Shown here piece after piece: positions 45,922-55,038 of a stretch of 64,000 nucleotides of DNA; position 1 is the stretch's first letter, and the number at the start of each line of letters is the position of its first letter. The notes under the pieces were generated by a model. That model was given only the letters and a program-made list of their open reading frames with translations, ran no database searches and was not told where the DNA came from. This stretch comes from an uncultured virus (IMG/VR IMGVR_UViG_3300048552_000127) (taxonomy: Duplodnaviria; Heunggongvirae; Uroviricota; Caudoviricetes). A program made the translations under genes and the position numbers. The DNA lies in the IMG/VR virus record IMGVR_UViG_3300048552_000127; one strand, written 5' to 3'.

Positions 45922-46998
45922 ATGAGCTTAAAGGATGATGAATTAAAGTTACAAGTAATTAAATTAGACAATGAAGGATATACACAAACTAGAATTGGCA
46001 TGATCGTGGGATTAGCACCTAACACTATTTCAGACTTTCTTAATAAGAAGACATTTAATGTGTGGTGGAGTCAGTTTGATAAGGGGGTGGAGGAGTTTGG
46101 TGAGGCTTTTGAGAAGGTTAAACATAGCGAGAAGTACGAGAGTATAGTTGCTGTTAATCTGGATCTAGATACTACCCCAGTGCCAATTAAGATTGAAACT
46201 ACAGTAGGTAAGATACACGACGACTGTACACACTTTGTCATCCCAGATACACAAGTTAAACCTAATGTCAGTTTAGATTATTTACACTGGGTGGGTATGT
46301 ATATTGCTAATCGTAAACCTGATGTAATAATCCATTTAGGTGATCACGCAGATATAGAGTCCCTGAGTAGTTATGACAAAGGAAAACGATCAGCAGAAGG
46401 TAAGCGAGTAAAAGAAGATATTAAGTCTGCCATAGAAGGTATGAATGTATTGTTAAAACCTGTATATGATTTACAGCAGAAACAATTAGAAGAGTTTGGA
46501 GAGATTACATATAAACCACGCATGGTGCTAACTCTAGGTAATCACGAATACCGTATCAGCAGGCATGTAGATGCTAATCCAGAGTTATTCGGATTCTTAG
46601 GTTATGATGATCTCAAATATAGAGAGAATGGTTGGGAAGTATATGACTTCTTAAAACCTGTAATTGTCAATGGTGTCACTTATGTTCACTTTATGGCTAA
46701 CCCAATGACAGGCAAACCATACGGAGGTGCTGCATTAAATGTATTAAAAAATGTAGGGGAGTCTTTTACACAAGGACACAAGCAAACACTGGACGTATCT
46801 ACACGCTTTCTCCCTAGCAGTGGAAGACAACAATGGGCTATTATAGCAGGTGCTTGTTATGTGCACGAAGAGGAATATAAAGGTTATCAAGGAAACCATC
46901 ATTGGAGAGGTGTAATAGTCAAACATAATGTATCAGAAGGTAGTTATAACCCAATGTTTGTAGACTTAGATTATTTATCAAAGAGGTATTCAAGATGA
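45922..46998 (+). CDS. Calcineurin-like metallophosphoesterase with N-terminal HTH
   Basis: IPDTQ, HLGDHAD, LGNHE, QGHKQ. Confidence 0.85.
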   Translation: MSLKDDELKLQVIKLDNEGYTQTRIGMIVGLAPNTISDFLNKKTFNVWWSQFDKGVEEFGEAFEKVKHSEKYESIVAVNLDLDTTPVPIKIETTVGKIHDDCTHFVIPDTQVKPNVSLDYLHWVGMYIANRKPDVIIHLGDHADIESLSSYDKGKRSAEGKRVKEDIKSAIEGMNVLLKPVYDLQQKQLEEFGEITYKPRMVLTLGNHEYRISRHVDANPELFGFLGYDDLKYRENGWEVYDFLKPVIVNGVTYVHFMANPMTGKPYGGAALNVLKNVGESFTQGHKQTLDVSTRFLPSSGRQQWAIIAGACYVHEEEYKGYQGNHHWRGVIVKHNVSEGSYNPMFVDLDYLSKRYSR

Positions 46999-47219
46999 AT
47001 GAAGATACAATTAAAACTATAATCACACACCAATCTGAACATGAGAATGCTTTTATTGTTTTAGAGGATATGGGAACTTGGCCTGAGTTATTAATTGAAT
47101 ACGCTAAGGTATTAAACAAAGCTGGGTATTTTATCCCTATTGACATTGTAGAAGATGGTGTGTATAATACTATAGTTAAAAACCATAGGGTTAGATTAGA
47201 TGAACAATATAAAGACTAA
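46995..47219 (+). CDS. Hypothetical protein
   Basis: 74 aa; contains an internal TTGACA-N17-TATAAT (47140-47168). Confidence 0.6.
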   Translation: MNEDTIKTIITHQSEHENAFIVLEDMGTWPELLIEYAKVLNKAGYFIPIDIVEDGVYNTIVKNHRVRLDEQYKD

Positions 47220-47799
47220 AGGTGTCATAGCAGTTGACATTGATCTCACAGTAGCAGCTTCCGATTTGGCACATTGGGACTGGTTGCAGTTGGTAACTTC
47301 TCAAGATAAAGTGTTCCCTTATAATACAGAGGAGTTAGAGTATAACTTAGGGGAATACTTCTTCTTACCTACCTCTTGCGATGCAATGGCTTATTGGAGA
47401 TACGATGATATATATGATGAGAATACATCTAGAACTAGGTTTGATATAAACCCTGTAGGGGGTTCTCAAGAAGTGTTGGAGAACCTACATAACTTAGGAT
47501 ATGAAATAGTATTTGTATCTCAAGTTGAAGGAGATCATCACAAGTCAAAGGTAGAATGGGTTAAACGTCACTTCCCTTTTATGAGTGGCTTCCTAGCAAC
47601 TAAAGAGAAGCAGTATGTAATGTCTAAGATATTCATAGATGATAGGAATAAGCATTTAGCAGATAATCTATCCCCTTATAGGATTAAGTTTAATACTCCT
47701 TACATCCAAGATGTAGAATTAGATGATAATGAGTTATTCTTAATAAGTGATGATTGGTATGAAATAGAGAAGAAGATTATGGAGATTACAAATGTCTAA
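47200..47799 (+). CDS. HAD-family 5'(3')-deoxyribonucleotidase
   Basis: IAVDIDLTV, K..WV..HFPF, FIDDR. Confidence 0.82.
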   Translation: MNNIKTKGVIAVDIDLTVAASDLAHWDWLQLVTSQDKVFPYNTEELEYNLGEYFFLPTSCDAMAYWRYDDIYDENTSRTRFDINPVGGSQEVLENLHNLGYEIVFVSQVEGDHHKSKVEWVKRHFPFMSGFLATKEKQYVMSKIFIDDRNKHLADNLSPYRIKFNTPYIQDVELDDNELFLISDDWYEIEKKIMEITNV

Positions 47800-48433
47800 G
47801 TTTAAAGGTAAAGTGGTTATATTAAATTCGCCCCCTAACTCAGGGAAGGATTCTATTGCAGAAGTATTGAATGATAGCTTAGATTGGGATTGGAATTGCT
47901 TTAAAGACCACTTGTATGACTGTACCGCCACATTGTTTAATATAGATAAGTGGGATTTAATAGAGTGGGCTACAGATAGAGTAACTAAAGAAGTTCCACT
48001 TGAAGAGTTATCTATACCATCAGATAAATATAAACTATTAGATAATATAGTTAAATCTAACAGAGCATTCACTTTAGAAGATGGTTATATACCACTGTCC
48101 CCTAGAGAAGCATTAATATATACATCTGAGGTGGTAATTAAGCCTACAATGGGAGAAGAATACTTTGGTAAGATAGCAGCAGAGAATATTGACTTAGATG
48201 CAGTTACAGTGTTTAGTGATGGCGGCTTTAATGAAGAGTTATTGCCCGTGATTGAGAGAGTAGGTGCTGAGAATGTATATGTAGTACAATGGAGTAGAGA
48301 GGGATGTTCATTTAAAGGGGATAGTAGAAATTATCTTAAAGTTCCAAATAATGTAAACTTGCTTGTTACTAAAAATGATGGTACTATTGATGACTTGGCA
48401 GATGAAGTAATTAATTGGATAAGCGGAGAATAG
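47792..48433 (+). CDS. Deoxynucleoside monophosphate kinase-like P-loop protein
   Basis: NSPPNSGKD, SPREALI, VFSDGGF.EE. Confidence 0.75.
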   Translation: MSKFKGKVVILNSPPNSGKDSIAEVLNDSLDWDWNCFKDHLYDCTATLFNIDKWDLIEWATDRVTKEVPLEELSIPSDKYKLLDNIVKSNRAFTLEDGYIPLSPREALIYTSEVVIKPTMGEEYFGKIAAENIDLDAVTVFSDGGFNEELLPVIERVGAENVYVVQWSREGCSFKGDSRNYLKVPNNVNLLVTKNDGTIDDLADEVINWISGE

Positions 48434-48436
48434 AAT

Positions 48437-48595
48437 ATGCAGTATTTAGGATTAGTACTTATTGGTTTATGGGTGATGAGCGTAGCAGCTTGGATTACAA
48501 GTACGGGACTTATAATCCAATGTTTGTAGATTTAGATTATCTATCAAAGAGGTATTATACATGGTGTAGGTATTTGGTTTGGTGTTAGTTGGTAA
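48437..48595 (+). pseudogene. Small membrane-protein gene disrupted by a 47-bp foreign segment
   Basis: Hydrophobic N-terminus (...AAWITS) and C-terminus (GIIHGVGIWFGVSW) share a frame, separated by a phosphoesterase-like segment carrying stops. Confidence 0.55.
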
Positions 48596-48632
48596 AAGAG
48601 GCTCATACATACCACTACAAGCTCCATACGAG

Positions 48633-48720
48633 CATCCTCAGAGCGTTTTAGAGGAAATATGAGCTACCCTACAGGGTGCTTAAAATAGACAATTTAAAGG
48701 GCTTAGAATGCCTTATATTA
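48633..48720 (-). repeat. Tripartite dispersed repeat, copy 6
   Basis: CTCAGAGCGTTTTA..TACCCTACAGGGTG-N23-CTTAGAATGCCTTATATT. Confidence 0.85.
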
Positions 48721-48741
48721 ACGATAAAGGATAAGTAGTAC

Positions 48742-49605
48742 ATGATCAAATCTACAATTATATGTGATTCCAAGTCTGACACAGGACGTATCACTACATT
48801 TGAACTAGAATACCACAGGTTCTTCCATTCTGAGTTAATGACGCACAGGGTGTTTAGCCGTAACGCTATGAGTAGTAGAGCTGTTCCTATTAGTAAGATG
48901 ATAGAGCAAGTGAGGAATAATCCAGCTATGCCCGTGAAGTGGGGATTGAATAAGGCAGGGATGCAATCAGAAGATAATCACTCAGATGATAGTATATGTA
49001 TAGATGCTTGGAAGAGAGCAGCCAATGATGCAGCCCAGAGTGCAGAGAGATTAAGAGATCTAGGATTACATAAACAATTAGTTAATCGTGTATTAGAGCC
49101 ATTCCAAATGATGAAGACTGTAGTTACTTCTACAGAGTGGGATAACTTCTTTGAGTTACGTACACATAAAGATACACAACCAGAGTTCCAAGTGTTAGCT
49201 AAGATGATGCAAGAACAATACAATAGTAGTGAGCCTACTGTGCTGAAAGAAGGGCAGTGGCATCTTCCTTATGTAGCCACTACATTTGATTACACTACTG
49301 GCGAGCAAGTATACTATACAGAAGGAGGTCACAGTGGGTTGCTCTCGTTGGAAGAAGCTTTAAAAGTAAGTGCTTCATGTTGCGCTCAAGTAAGTTATAG
49401 AGTTAATGATAATTCTATTGACAAAGCATTAATGATATATGATAAACTTATTAGTTCTACTCCCGCGCACGCCAGTCCATTTGAGCATCAGGCTAGAGTA
49501 TTCGGGGATGACGGTGGTTTAGAAGGTGTTACACATTTTGATATGAATGGAGAAGGTTGGAGCGGTAACTTTAAGAACTGGATACAATATAGGCAATTAT
49601 TATAA
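48742..49605 (+). CDS. thyX: FAD-dependent thymidylate synthase
   Basis: ELMTHRVFSRNAMSSRAVP, HKQLVNRVLEPF, HASPFEH. Confidence 0.9.
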   Translation: MIKSTIICDSKSDTGRITTFELEYHRFFHSELMTHRVFSRNAMSSRAVPISKMIEQVRNNPAMPVKWGLNKAGMQSEDNHSDDSICIDAWKRAANDAAQSAERLRDLGLHKQLVNRVLEPFQMMKTVVTSTEWDNFFELRTHKDTQPEFQVLAKMMQEQYNSSEPTVLKEGQWHLPYVATTFDYTTGEQVYYTEGGHSGLLSLEEALKVSASCCAQVSYRVNDNSIDKALMIYDKLISSTPAHASPFEHQARVFGDDGGLEGVTHFDMNGEGWSGNFKNWIQYRQLL

Positions 49606-49679
49606 GAGATTAATAAAATCATTGACAAGCTCACACTAATTAAGTTATAATACATTTTTAAATTAATAGAGATAATACA

Positions 49680-50099
49680 ATGAAATATATAAATACAGAT
49701 AAAGAGATTGAAGTGGGAGATCAGGTGATGTATGAAGGGAAGGTTACAAATGTAACTGCTATTGATCTTTATGCCAATAACGTTCCGACAATCAGATTAG
49801 AGAATAGGGATATAGTGTTGTTTCACCATCAATATGCAAGACTAAACTATATGGGTACAACTCTAACACCACACATCCACAGGGATGTAATCATTGCTTA
49901 TGCTAATGGGTTTGAGATTGAATATTTAGGGGATTGTTCAGGAGAATGGTTCTCTATAGAGCATTCAAAATTCTACCCTGAAAACAAATACCGCATCAAA
50001 CCAATAGTCACTAAATCACCAGCACAATTAGAGAAAGAAGCTATTAAAGAAGAGATGGATAAATTAAGTAAACGATTAGAGGAGTTAGATGTAGAATGA
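49680..50099 (+). CDS. Hypothetical protein
   Basis: 139 aa; promoter TTGACA-N18-TATAAT upstream. Confidence 0.65.
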   Translation: MKYINTDKEIEVGDQVMYEGKVTNVTAIDLYANNVPTIRLENRDIVLFHHQYARLNYMGTTLTPHIHRDVIIAYANGFEIEYLGDCSGEWFSIEHSKFYPENKYRIKPIVTKSPAQLEKEAIKEEMDKLSKRLEELDVE

Positions 50100-50308
50100 A
50101 AGATATGTTAGGGCAAGAAGTAGTAATAGGTGATACTGTTATATTCACGGATTATAAGGATAATTACAGTGACACACTTCTTACAGGGGGTGTTGTATTC
50201 CAGATAAAGAAGGATATTTTATGGGCAGAAGATAAACATGGTAGGTGTTATGAATTAGAGAGTCCAGAGTTTGCATATTACACAACACTTAAAGATTTAA
50301 CATTATAA
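50096..50308 (+). CDS. Hypothetical protein
   Basis: 70 aa. Confidence 0.6.
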   Translation: MKDMLGQEVVIGDTVIFTDYKDNYSDTLLTGGVVFQIKKDILWAEDKHGRCYELESPEFAYYTTLKDLTL

Positions 50309-50343
50309 TACATCTGATATAATAAATATAAAAGGGTTTCCTT

Positions 50344-50769
50344 GTGAGGTTAGTAGTGAATAATACCGAAGAATTTAAAATGAATTTATTTAATCAGATA
50401 AGAGAAGATGGAGGGAAGACTAAAGAAGAGGCTGAGGAGTTAGTGATATATTTCACTATGAATGAAGCGAAGATCACTTCTTTCAAGAATACAATTAGAG
50501 TGTCTAGGTCTATTCCTTTACGCTATGTAGAAGATACATTACTGACTAAGAGTAAACCAGAGATAGACAAGTTGTTATTTAATCTAGGGTTTGATACAAT
50601 TAATTCATCTTATGTAATAGATGTACATTGTTACACTTGGGAAGGTAAGACTGAATGTGGTAAGGTGCTACTAGGACAGGAGAGATTAGATCCTAAGTGG
50701 ATGCAATCAGACAGGAAGAGTGATGATGCTTTTCATTATATGAATAGAGAGATTATGAGAGAGGTTTAG
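50344..50769 (+). CDS. Hypothetical protein
   Basis: 141 aa. Confidence 0.6.
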   Translation: MRLVVNNTEEFKMNLFNQIREDGGKTKEEAEELVIYFTMNEAKITSFKNTIRVSRSIPLRYVEDTLLTKSKPEIDKLLFNLGFDTINSSYVIDVHCYTWEGKTECGKVLLGQERLDPKWMQSDRKSDDAFHYMNREIMREV

Positions 50770-50774
50770 TTGGA

Positions 50775-50996
50775 ATGGCTAGATATAAACTGGTAGCTAA
50801 GGGTACAGATTCTGAAGATGTATTGGGAGTAGGAGGCCAGAGAAAGAACACGAAAGCTGATATACAACAATGGATTGACGATAACGTTAGAGTATTGGGT
50901 TTAGATTGGCAGGTAGGTTACATGGTTAAGTTTCGAAAAGGTACTACAATATATGAGTGGTTGTGGATAAAAGACAACAAGAGGGTTAAAGTATAA
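50775..50996 (+). CDS. Hypothetical protein
   Basis: 73 aa. Confidence 0.6.
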   Translation: MARYKLVAKGTDSEDVLGVGGQRKNTKADIQQWIDDNVRVLGLDWQVGYMVKFRKGTTIYEWLWIKDNKRVKV

Positions 50997-50997
50997 T

Positions 50998-51231
50998 ATG
51001 TATTTAACTAATGTATTTGAAAGGAAATTCAAGATAGAGACTATTATTAAGTCTTCTGGAGAAGTGTACGTAGTGAAGGAGGCTAAATTATTTGGTTGCT
51101 ATCTACGTGTACATGCTAACCAAGTATCTTTAGTAGCTAAACGTAATGCCACTTGTTACAATGATATACAATCTATCATAACTGAGTTAAGTAATCTATT
51201 AGGTGACTCCTACTCTATCGTTGATAATTAA
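50998..51231 (+). CDS. Hypothetical protein
   Basis: 77 aa. Confidence 0.55.
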   Translation: MYLTNVFERKFKIETIIKSSGEVYVVKEAKLFGCYLRVHANQVSLVAKRNATCYNDIQSIITELSNLLGDSYSIVDN

Positions 51232-51233
51232 GA

Positions 51234-51280
51234 ATAAGCCCTAATATCCCAGGGAGGGGAGGAAGGACAAAAGGGCTTAT
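51234..51280. terminator. Hairpin between convergent operons
   Basis: ATAAGCCCT...AGGGCTTAT. Confidence 0.5.
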
Positions 51281-51310
51281 AAACTTTTATATCTATTTGA
51301 TAAGATCTAT

Positions 51311-51835
51311 TTAATAGAATCTATTATATCTCTTTATAGAACAATACCATCCATGTACTTCCACTGTACAAGTCTTATCCACATTCATCGCAATAAAACC
51401 TCCCCCATTTAATGTCCCTAAGTTACCTATAAATATCCTATTAGTTTCCAATACAATATGAGTCTTAGCTGTTTTATAATCCATAGAGGTTAAGAATGGT
51501 ATGACATAACTGTCATCTGCTAAATGTAGATTAATATTAACTTCTGTGTTTGGTGATGTTGTTATTAAAGATAGATCCATCCTAATAGTAATCTCATCCC
51601 CTAGTGCTAAATCACTAAAGTCAAATCTATTAGTAGTGGGATTCCATACATCTGGCACACCGCAAGGCTTAAAGTCTCTCATAGTATTAGCACCAAGAGT
51701 ATCATTAGTTAATACTACATCACCTCCACCTCCTGTGACAGTTAAAGGTGTAATACTTGTAGCTGCATCTGAATAAGAGAAGTGACCATCTAAGTGATCT
51801 ACTATATACTCATTACTCCCTACTATAATACCCAT
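51311..51835 (-). CDS. Hypothetical beta-rich (virion-associated?) protein
   Basis: 174 aa at the end of the late operon. Confidence 0.65.
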   Translation of the reverse strand: MGIIVGSNEYIVDHLDGHFSYSDAATSITPLTVTGGGGDVVLTNDTLGANTMRDFKPCGVPDVWNPTTNRFDFSDLALGDEITIRMDLSLITTSPNTEVNINLHLADDSYVIPFLTSMDYKTAKTHIVLETNRIFIGNLGTLNGGGFIAMNVDKTCTVEVHGWYCSIKRYNRFY

Positions 51836-51836
51836 A

Positions 51837-52112
51837 TCAGCACCTCTCTTTCACTGTGAGAGTAGAACCTAATGCACCTGTACATCTAGCCCACACCCTC
51901 AAACTATCCTTTGTAGCCACTCCTATAGCGTATGGGTAGTGTATATTACTGATTGTGTAATCTCCTAGATCATCTATACTAGGTTGACTTACACTCTCTT
52001 TTACAACTACACTAGCATACCCTTTGTTAAACATAGACAGAGGTACACCTACGTTTATAGCAGCTTCAGTGTTTATATCTACCCATGTATTACTTATTGG
52101 TATAGATGCCAT
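51837..52112 (-). CDS. Hypothetical protein
   Basis: 91 aa, AGGAG RBS. Confidence 0.65.
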   Translation of the reverse strand: MASIPISNTWVDINTEAAINVGVPLSMFNKGYASVVVKESVSQPSIDDLGDYTISNIHYPYAIGVATKDSLRVWARCTGALGSTLTVKERC

Positions 52113-52154
52113 TAATCTCTCCTATTATTAATTTTCTTTATAGAAGTATCCTTC

Positions 52155-52703
52155 TTAATCTTCCTTGCCCTTCCATTTAGCCATACCTTTAAACCCAATA
52201 GCAGGAGCAAGAAATGAATCAGCAATAAACTGTAATGCTCCATTTCCGACATGTTTACTTCTTCCTTCTCTATCGTAAAGGATGTATGCTGCAACCATGT
52301 AATATGCAATAATAACACTATTATATATCCACAACTCTCCTAAATAAGTAATAGGGGCTAACCCTATAGTCTCTTGCAAGTAATTATTAACATGTATATA
52401 ATAATAATTGAACCAACTTTCTGAGCCTAGATAATTAATACCTAACTGAACTAATAGAAGACCTAACACTTTATAAAGTAGTGAAATATGTTTCATACCT
52501 AATAGACATATCATACCTAATACTGAAGATAAGGAGTATATCAAGTAATCATAACCTTCAGGTATGCTTACCACTTCTAATATAAAGACAGATAACAATA
52601 CAGTGGATAGGAATACTCCACACACAGCAAACCCTTGTTTAGTAGGGTGGGTAAATGTTATGAGGATACATACAATGATTAATAACGTCCATAATGTCAT
52701 CAT
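52155..52703 (-). CDS. Polytopic membrane protein
   Basis: About five hydrophobic segments in 182 aa. Confidence 0.7.
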   Translation of the reverse strand: MMTLWTLLIIVCILITFTHPTKQGFAVCGVFLSTVLLSVFILEVVSIPEGYDYLIYSLSSVLGMICLLGMKHISLLYKVLGLLLVQLGINYLGSESWFNYYYIHVNNYLQETIGLAPITYLGELWIYNSVIIAYYMVAAYILYDREGRSKHVGNGALQFIADSFLAPAIGFKGMAKWKGKED

Positions 52704-52707
52704 ATTA

Positions 52708-52767
52708 TTACTTCTTTATTTGAGGTTTATCTGAACTCTCACGAGGTACTGTCACTGGCCTAGCCAT
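52708..52767 (-). CDS. 19-aa peptide (not in ORF track)
   Basis: AAGGA RBS; MARPVTVPRESSDKPQIKK fills the gap between the receiver and membrane genes. Confidence 0.5.
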   Translation of the reverse strand: MARPVTVPRESSDKPQIKK

Positions 52768-52789
52768 AATACTTTCCTTTGATATTTAA

Positions 52790-53131
52790 TTAGTTAATGT
52801 TATAATGATTCTCAATCACTTGTTCTATTTCTCTATCTATTGCTGCGAAGTCAGACTTAACTATACATTCACAGTCAACAGGTATACAACCAGATGAGTA
52901 TAAAATAGCATTACAACCTTTAGCTATAAGATTATCTACTATCTCTTCCCCATCTCTAGTAGTTAAGATTCTATCTACTAACACTATATCATAACATAGT
53001 AAGTCTTCTAAGTCAACACTTTCGTCTACATTAGAGAAAATAACATTGTCTTTAGCAAAGAGGTAAGCATTCAATACCATTCGGTGTATTTCATTATCTT
53101 CTATAAGAGCAATGTTAATCTTTCTTATCAT
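52790..53131 (-). CDS. CheY-like single receiver (REC) domain protein
   Basis: IALIEDN acidic pocket, YDIVLVD phosphoacceptor, DG, ILYSS, IVK. Confidence 0.8.
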   Translation of the reverse strand: MIRKINIALIEDNEIHRMVLNAYLFAKDNVIFSNVDESVDLEDLLCYDIVLVDRILTTRDGEEIVDNLIAKGCNAILYSSGCIPVDCECIVKSDFAAIDREIEQVIENHYNIN

Positions 53132-53456
53132 CTTTAGCCTCTAATAACTCTTGCATTATCTTATTATAAGTGGCTAACTGTACTCTCTGAGATTCAATGA
53201 TACCTATATACTTATGCTTCTCCACCTGACACTCATTAACTGACCGTTGTAGCTCTGTAACCTTATCAGTTAAGGCTTCTATCTTAGCCTCTAGTTTCAC
53301 TTTATGTTCTTTATTCATAATAGTTAAACATATATTAGGGTTTTTAAATATGAACAGTATTAACCCTATGAAGAATAGTATAAAGAGTATACCTGTCAGT
53401 CCTACTTTATCGTACAATAATGGGATTCCATTAATTATATCTACTAGCCATCCCAC
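53115..53456 (-). CDS. Membrane-anchored coiled-coil protein (holin/spanin-like)
   Basis: One TM segment followed by a coiled coil. Confidence 0.5.
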   Translation of the reverse strand: MGWLVDIINGIPLLYDKVGLTGILFILFFIGLILFIFKNPNICLTIMNKEHKVKLEAKIEALTDKVTELQRSVNECQVEKHKYIGIIESQRVQLATYNKIMQELLEAKDDKKD

Positions 53457-53476
53457 TTAACACTCCTATGCTATAA

Positions 53477-53562
53477 GCTAATATAAGCCATTCTAAGGGC
53501 TTTAAATTGTGGATATTCACTACCCTGTAGGGTAGCACTACTTAACACTAAAACGCTCTGAA
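53477..53562 (+). repeat. Tripartite dispersed repeat, copy 7
   Basis: GCTAATATAAGCCATTCTAAG-N23-TACCCTGTAGGGTA..TAAAACGCTCTG. Confidence 0.88.
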
Positions 53563-53604
53563 ACACCCCTTAATGAAGCTTCTCAGGGGTGTATTATAAG
53601 CTAT

Positions 53605-54123
53605 CTAATCCTTCTTATTGTTATTACTAAATAGAGCCACGTTCTTCATAGAACTACCACGAGTAGTACCTACAAAGTAAGCTACAGAGCTAATCCAAGC
53701 TGTTAGATAAGAACCAAATATAGTGTCTATCACTCGTTGATTAGCTTCTGGTATTACATGGAACATAAGAGTAGCTGTAAAGGCAATTAAACCTACTGTC
53801 AATATGTACATTATATTAGCAGGGGTGTTACTATCTTTATGTGCTTCTCTGGCATTAGATATATCTTTAAGTTCAGATGTCTGTAACTCTACATCTAACT
53901 CCTTCATTCTAATCTTAAAGGCGTAATCAGCACTCTTGATCTTAAACACTTGTTCTGGTGTTGCAGACTCTATAAACTGCTCTAAAGCAACCTCATCTTT
54001 AATCTCTACACCTACAGCATCACTTACAGCTTTAATAGCCAGTGAAGGTAGTGTAGCACCTCCTGATAAGACTGCACCTACGATGTGAGGAGCATACTCC
54101 TTTAATTTATCTGTCCAGCTCAT
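53605..54123 (-). CDS. Putative holin
   Basis: Amphipathic N-terminus, D..NAR motif, two C-terminal TMs ending YFVGTTRGS..K. Confidence 0.6.
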   Translation of the reverse strand: MSWTDKLKEYAPHIVGAVLSGGATLPSLAIKAVSDAVGVEIKDEVALEQFIESATPEQVFKIKSADYAFKIRMKELDVELQTSELKDISNAREAHKDSNTPANIMYILTVGLIAFTATLMFHVIPEANQRVIDTIFGSYLTAWISSVAYFVGTTRGSSMKNVALFSNNNKKD

Positions 54124-54488
54124 TTATCCTTCTCCTTAAACTCATCTGGAAATTCATACTTTCCAGCTTTATATGTATGATTCGGGTCGAATGTAAATAA
54201 CCAATCTATAAGATTAGCCCAGAAGTAAATGTAAGAGTTCTTAACGCCTCTCCTACTCTCCTCTAATACTTTCAACCCTGTGACACCTGATATAGACTTA
54301 TATGTAGTTCTATACACATAAGAACAAGCGGCTATATCTTCTCCATGAGCGCAAGAAAAGAAGTAGTCACTTAGTTCATCCCACTCTCTGTGCAAAGATA
54401 ATACTATTACATTCCTAGTAAAACCTAATACTTTTAATACAAAGAAGACGGGAATAGAAAGAATAAATAATAGTATATTTCTAAGCAT
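54120..54488 (-). CDS. Hypothetical protein with hydrophobic N-terminus
   Basis: 122 aa. Confidence 0.6.
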   Translation of the reverse strand: MLRNILLFILSIPVFFVLKVLGFTRNVIVLSLHREWDELSDYFFSCAHGEDIAACSYVYRTTYKSISGVTGLKVLEESRRGVKNSYIYFWANLIDWLFTFDPNHTYKAGKYEFPDEFKEKDK

Positions 54489-54500
54489 TGTTAACTCCTA

Positions 54501-55034
54501 TTACAGTTTAGCAATATACGTAGCAAAAATAACTTTTATCTCTGATCTATTATGAGACATAGCATCTGCAAAATCTTGTTTAGTCATAGTTATAGGGTTG
54601 TTATTAATATCAATCCAACCTTCAACATCTCCACTGCCCATATTATCACGTGCTTCTTTCATCATTAAATAATCAGAAGCGTAATCTGGATGGCGTGCTT
54701 GAACAACAACACTGTCAGAGGGACGTGTCCAAGCTATATTTGCTAGAGAAGTATTTCTAATATTTATAGGTAGATTAGAAGCCACTTCTTGTGCGGCTGC
54801 TTCACTTGCTATGTTTTCAGCTTTCACCGTGGCGTGTAAATCAATCAAATATTCATAAGCAGAAAAATCCGTTATTTCTTCGTTAAGGGTATTGTCTTTA
54901 TATTCAATACTCCCTCCTTCTAATACTGAATCCCAATGAATAACCCAGATATTATCATCAATCAATAGATCAGCTACTATGGATTCTCCATCTATGACAA
55001 TAGATTGTTCTTCATTTATAATAGTAATTTTCAT
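54501..55034 (-). CDS. Tail fibre assembly/chaperone-like protein
   Basis: Follows the tail fibre gene; IHWD...G.IEY N-terminus, W..I.N..I.MT C-terminus. Confidence 0.6.
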   Translation of the reverse strand: MKITIINEEQSIVIDGESIVADLLIDDNIWVIHWDSVLEGGSIEYKDNTLNEEITDFSAYEYLIDLHATVKAENIASEAAAQEVASNLPINIRNTSLANIAWTRPSDSVVVQARHPDYASDYLMMKEARDNMGSGDVEGWIDINNNPITMTKQDFADAMSHNRSEIKVIFATYIAKL

Positions 55035-55038
55035 TTAT

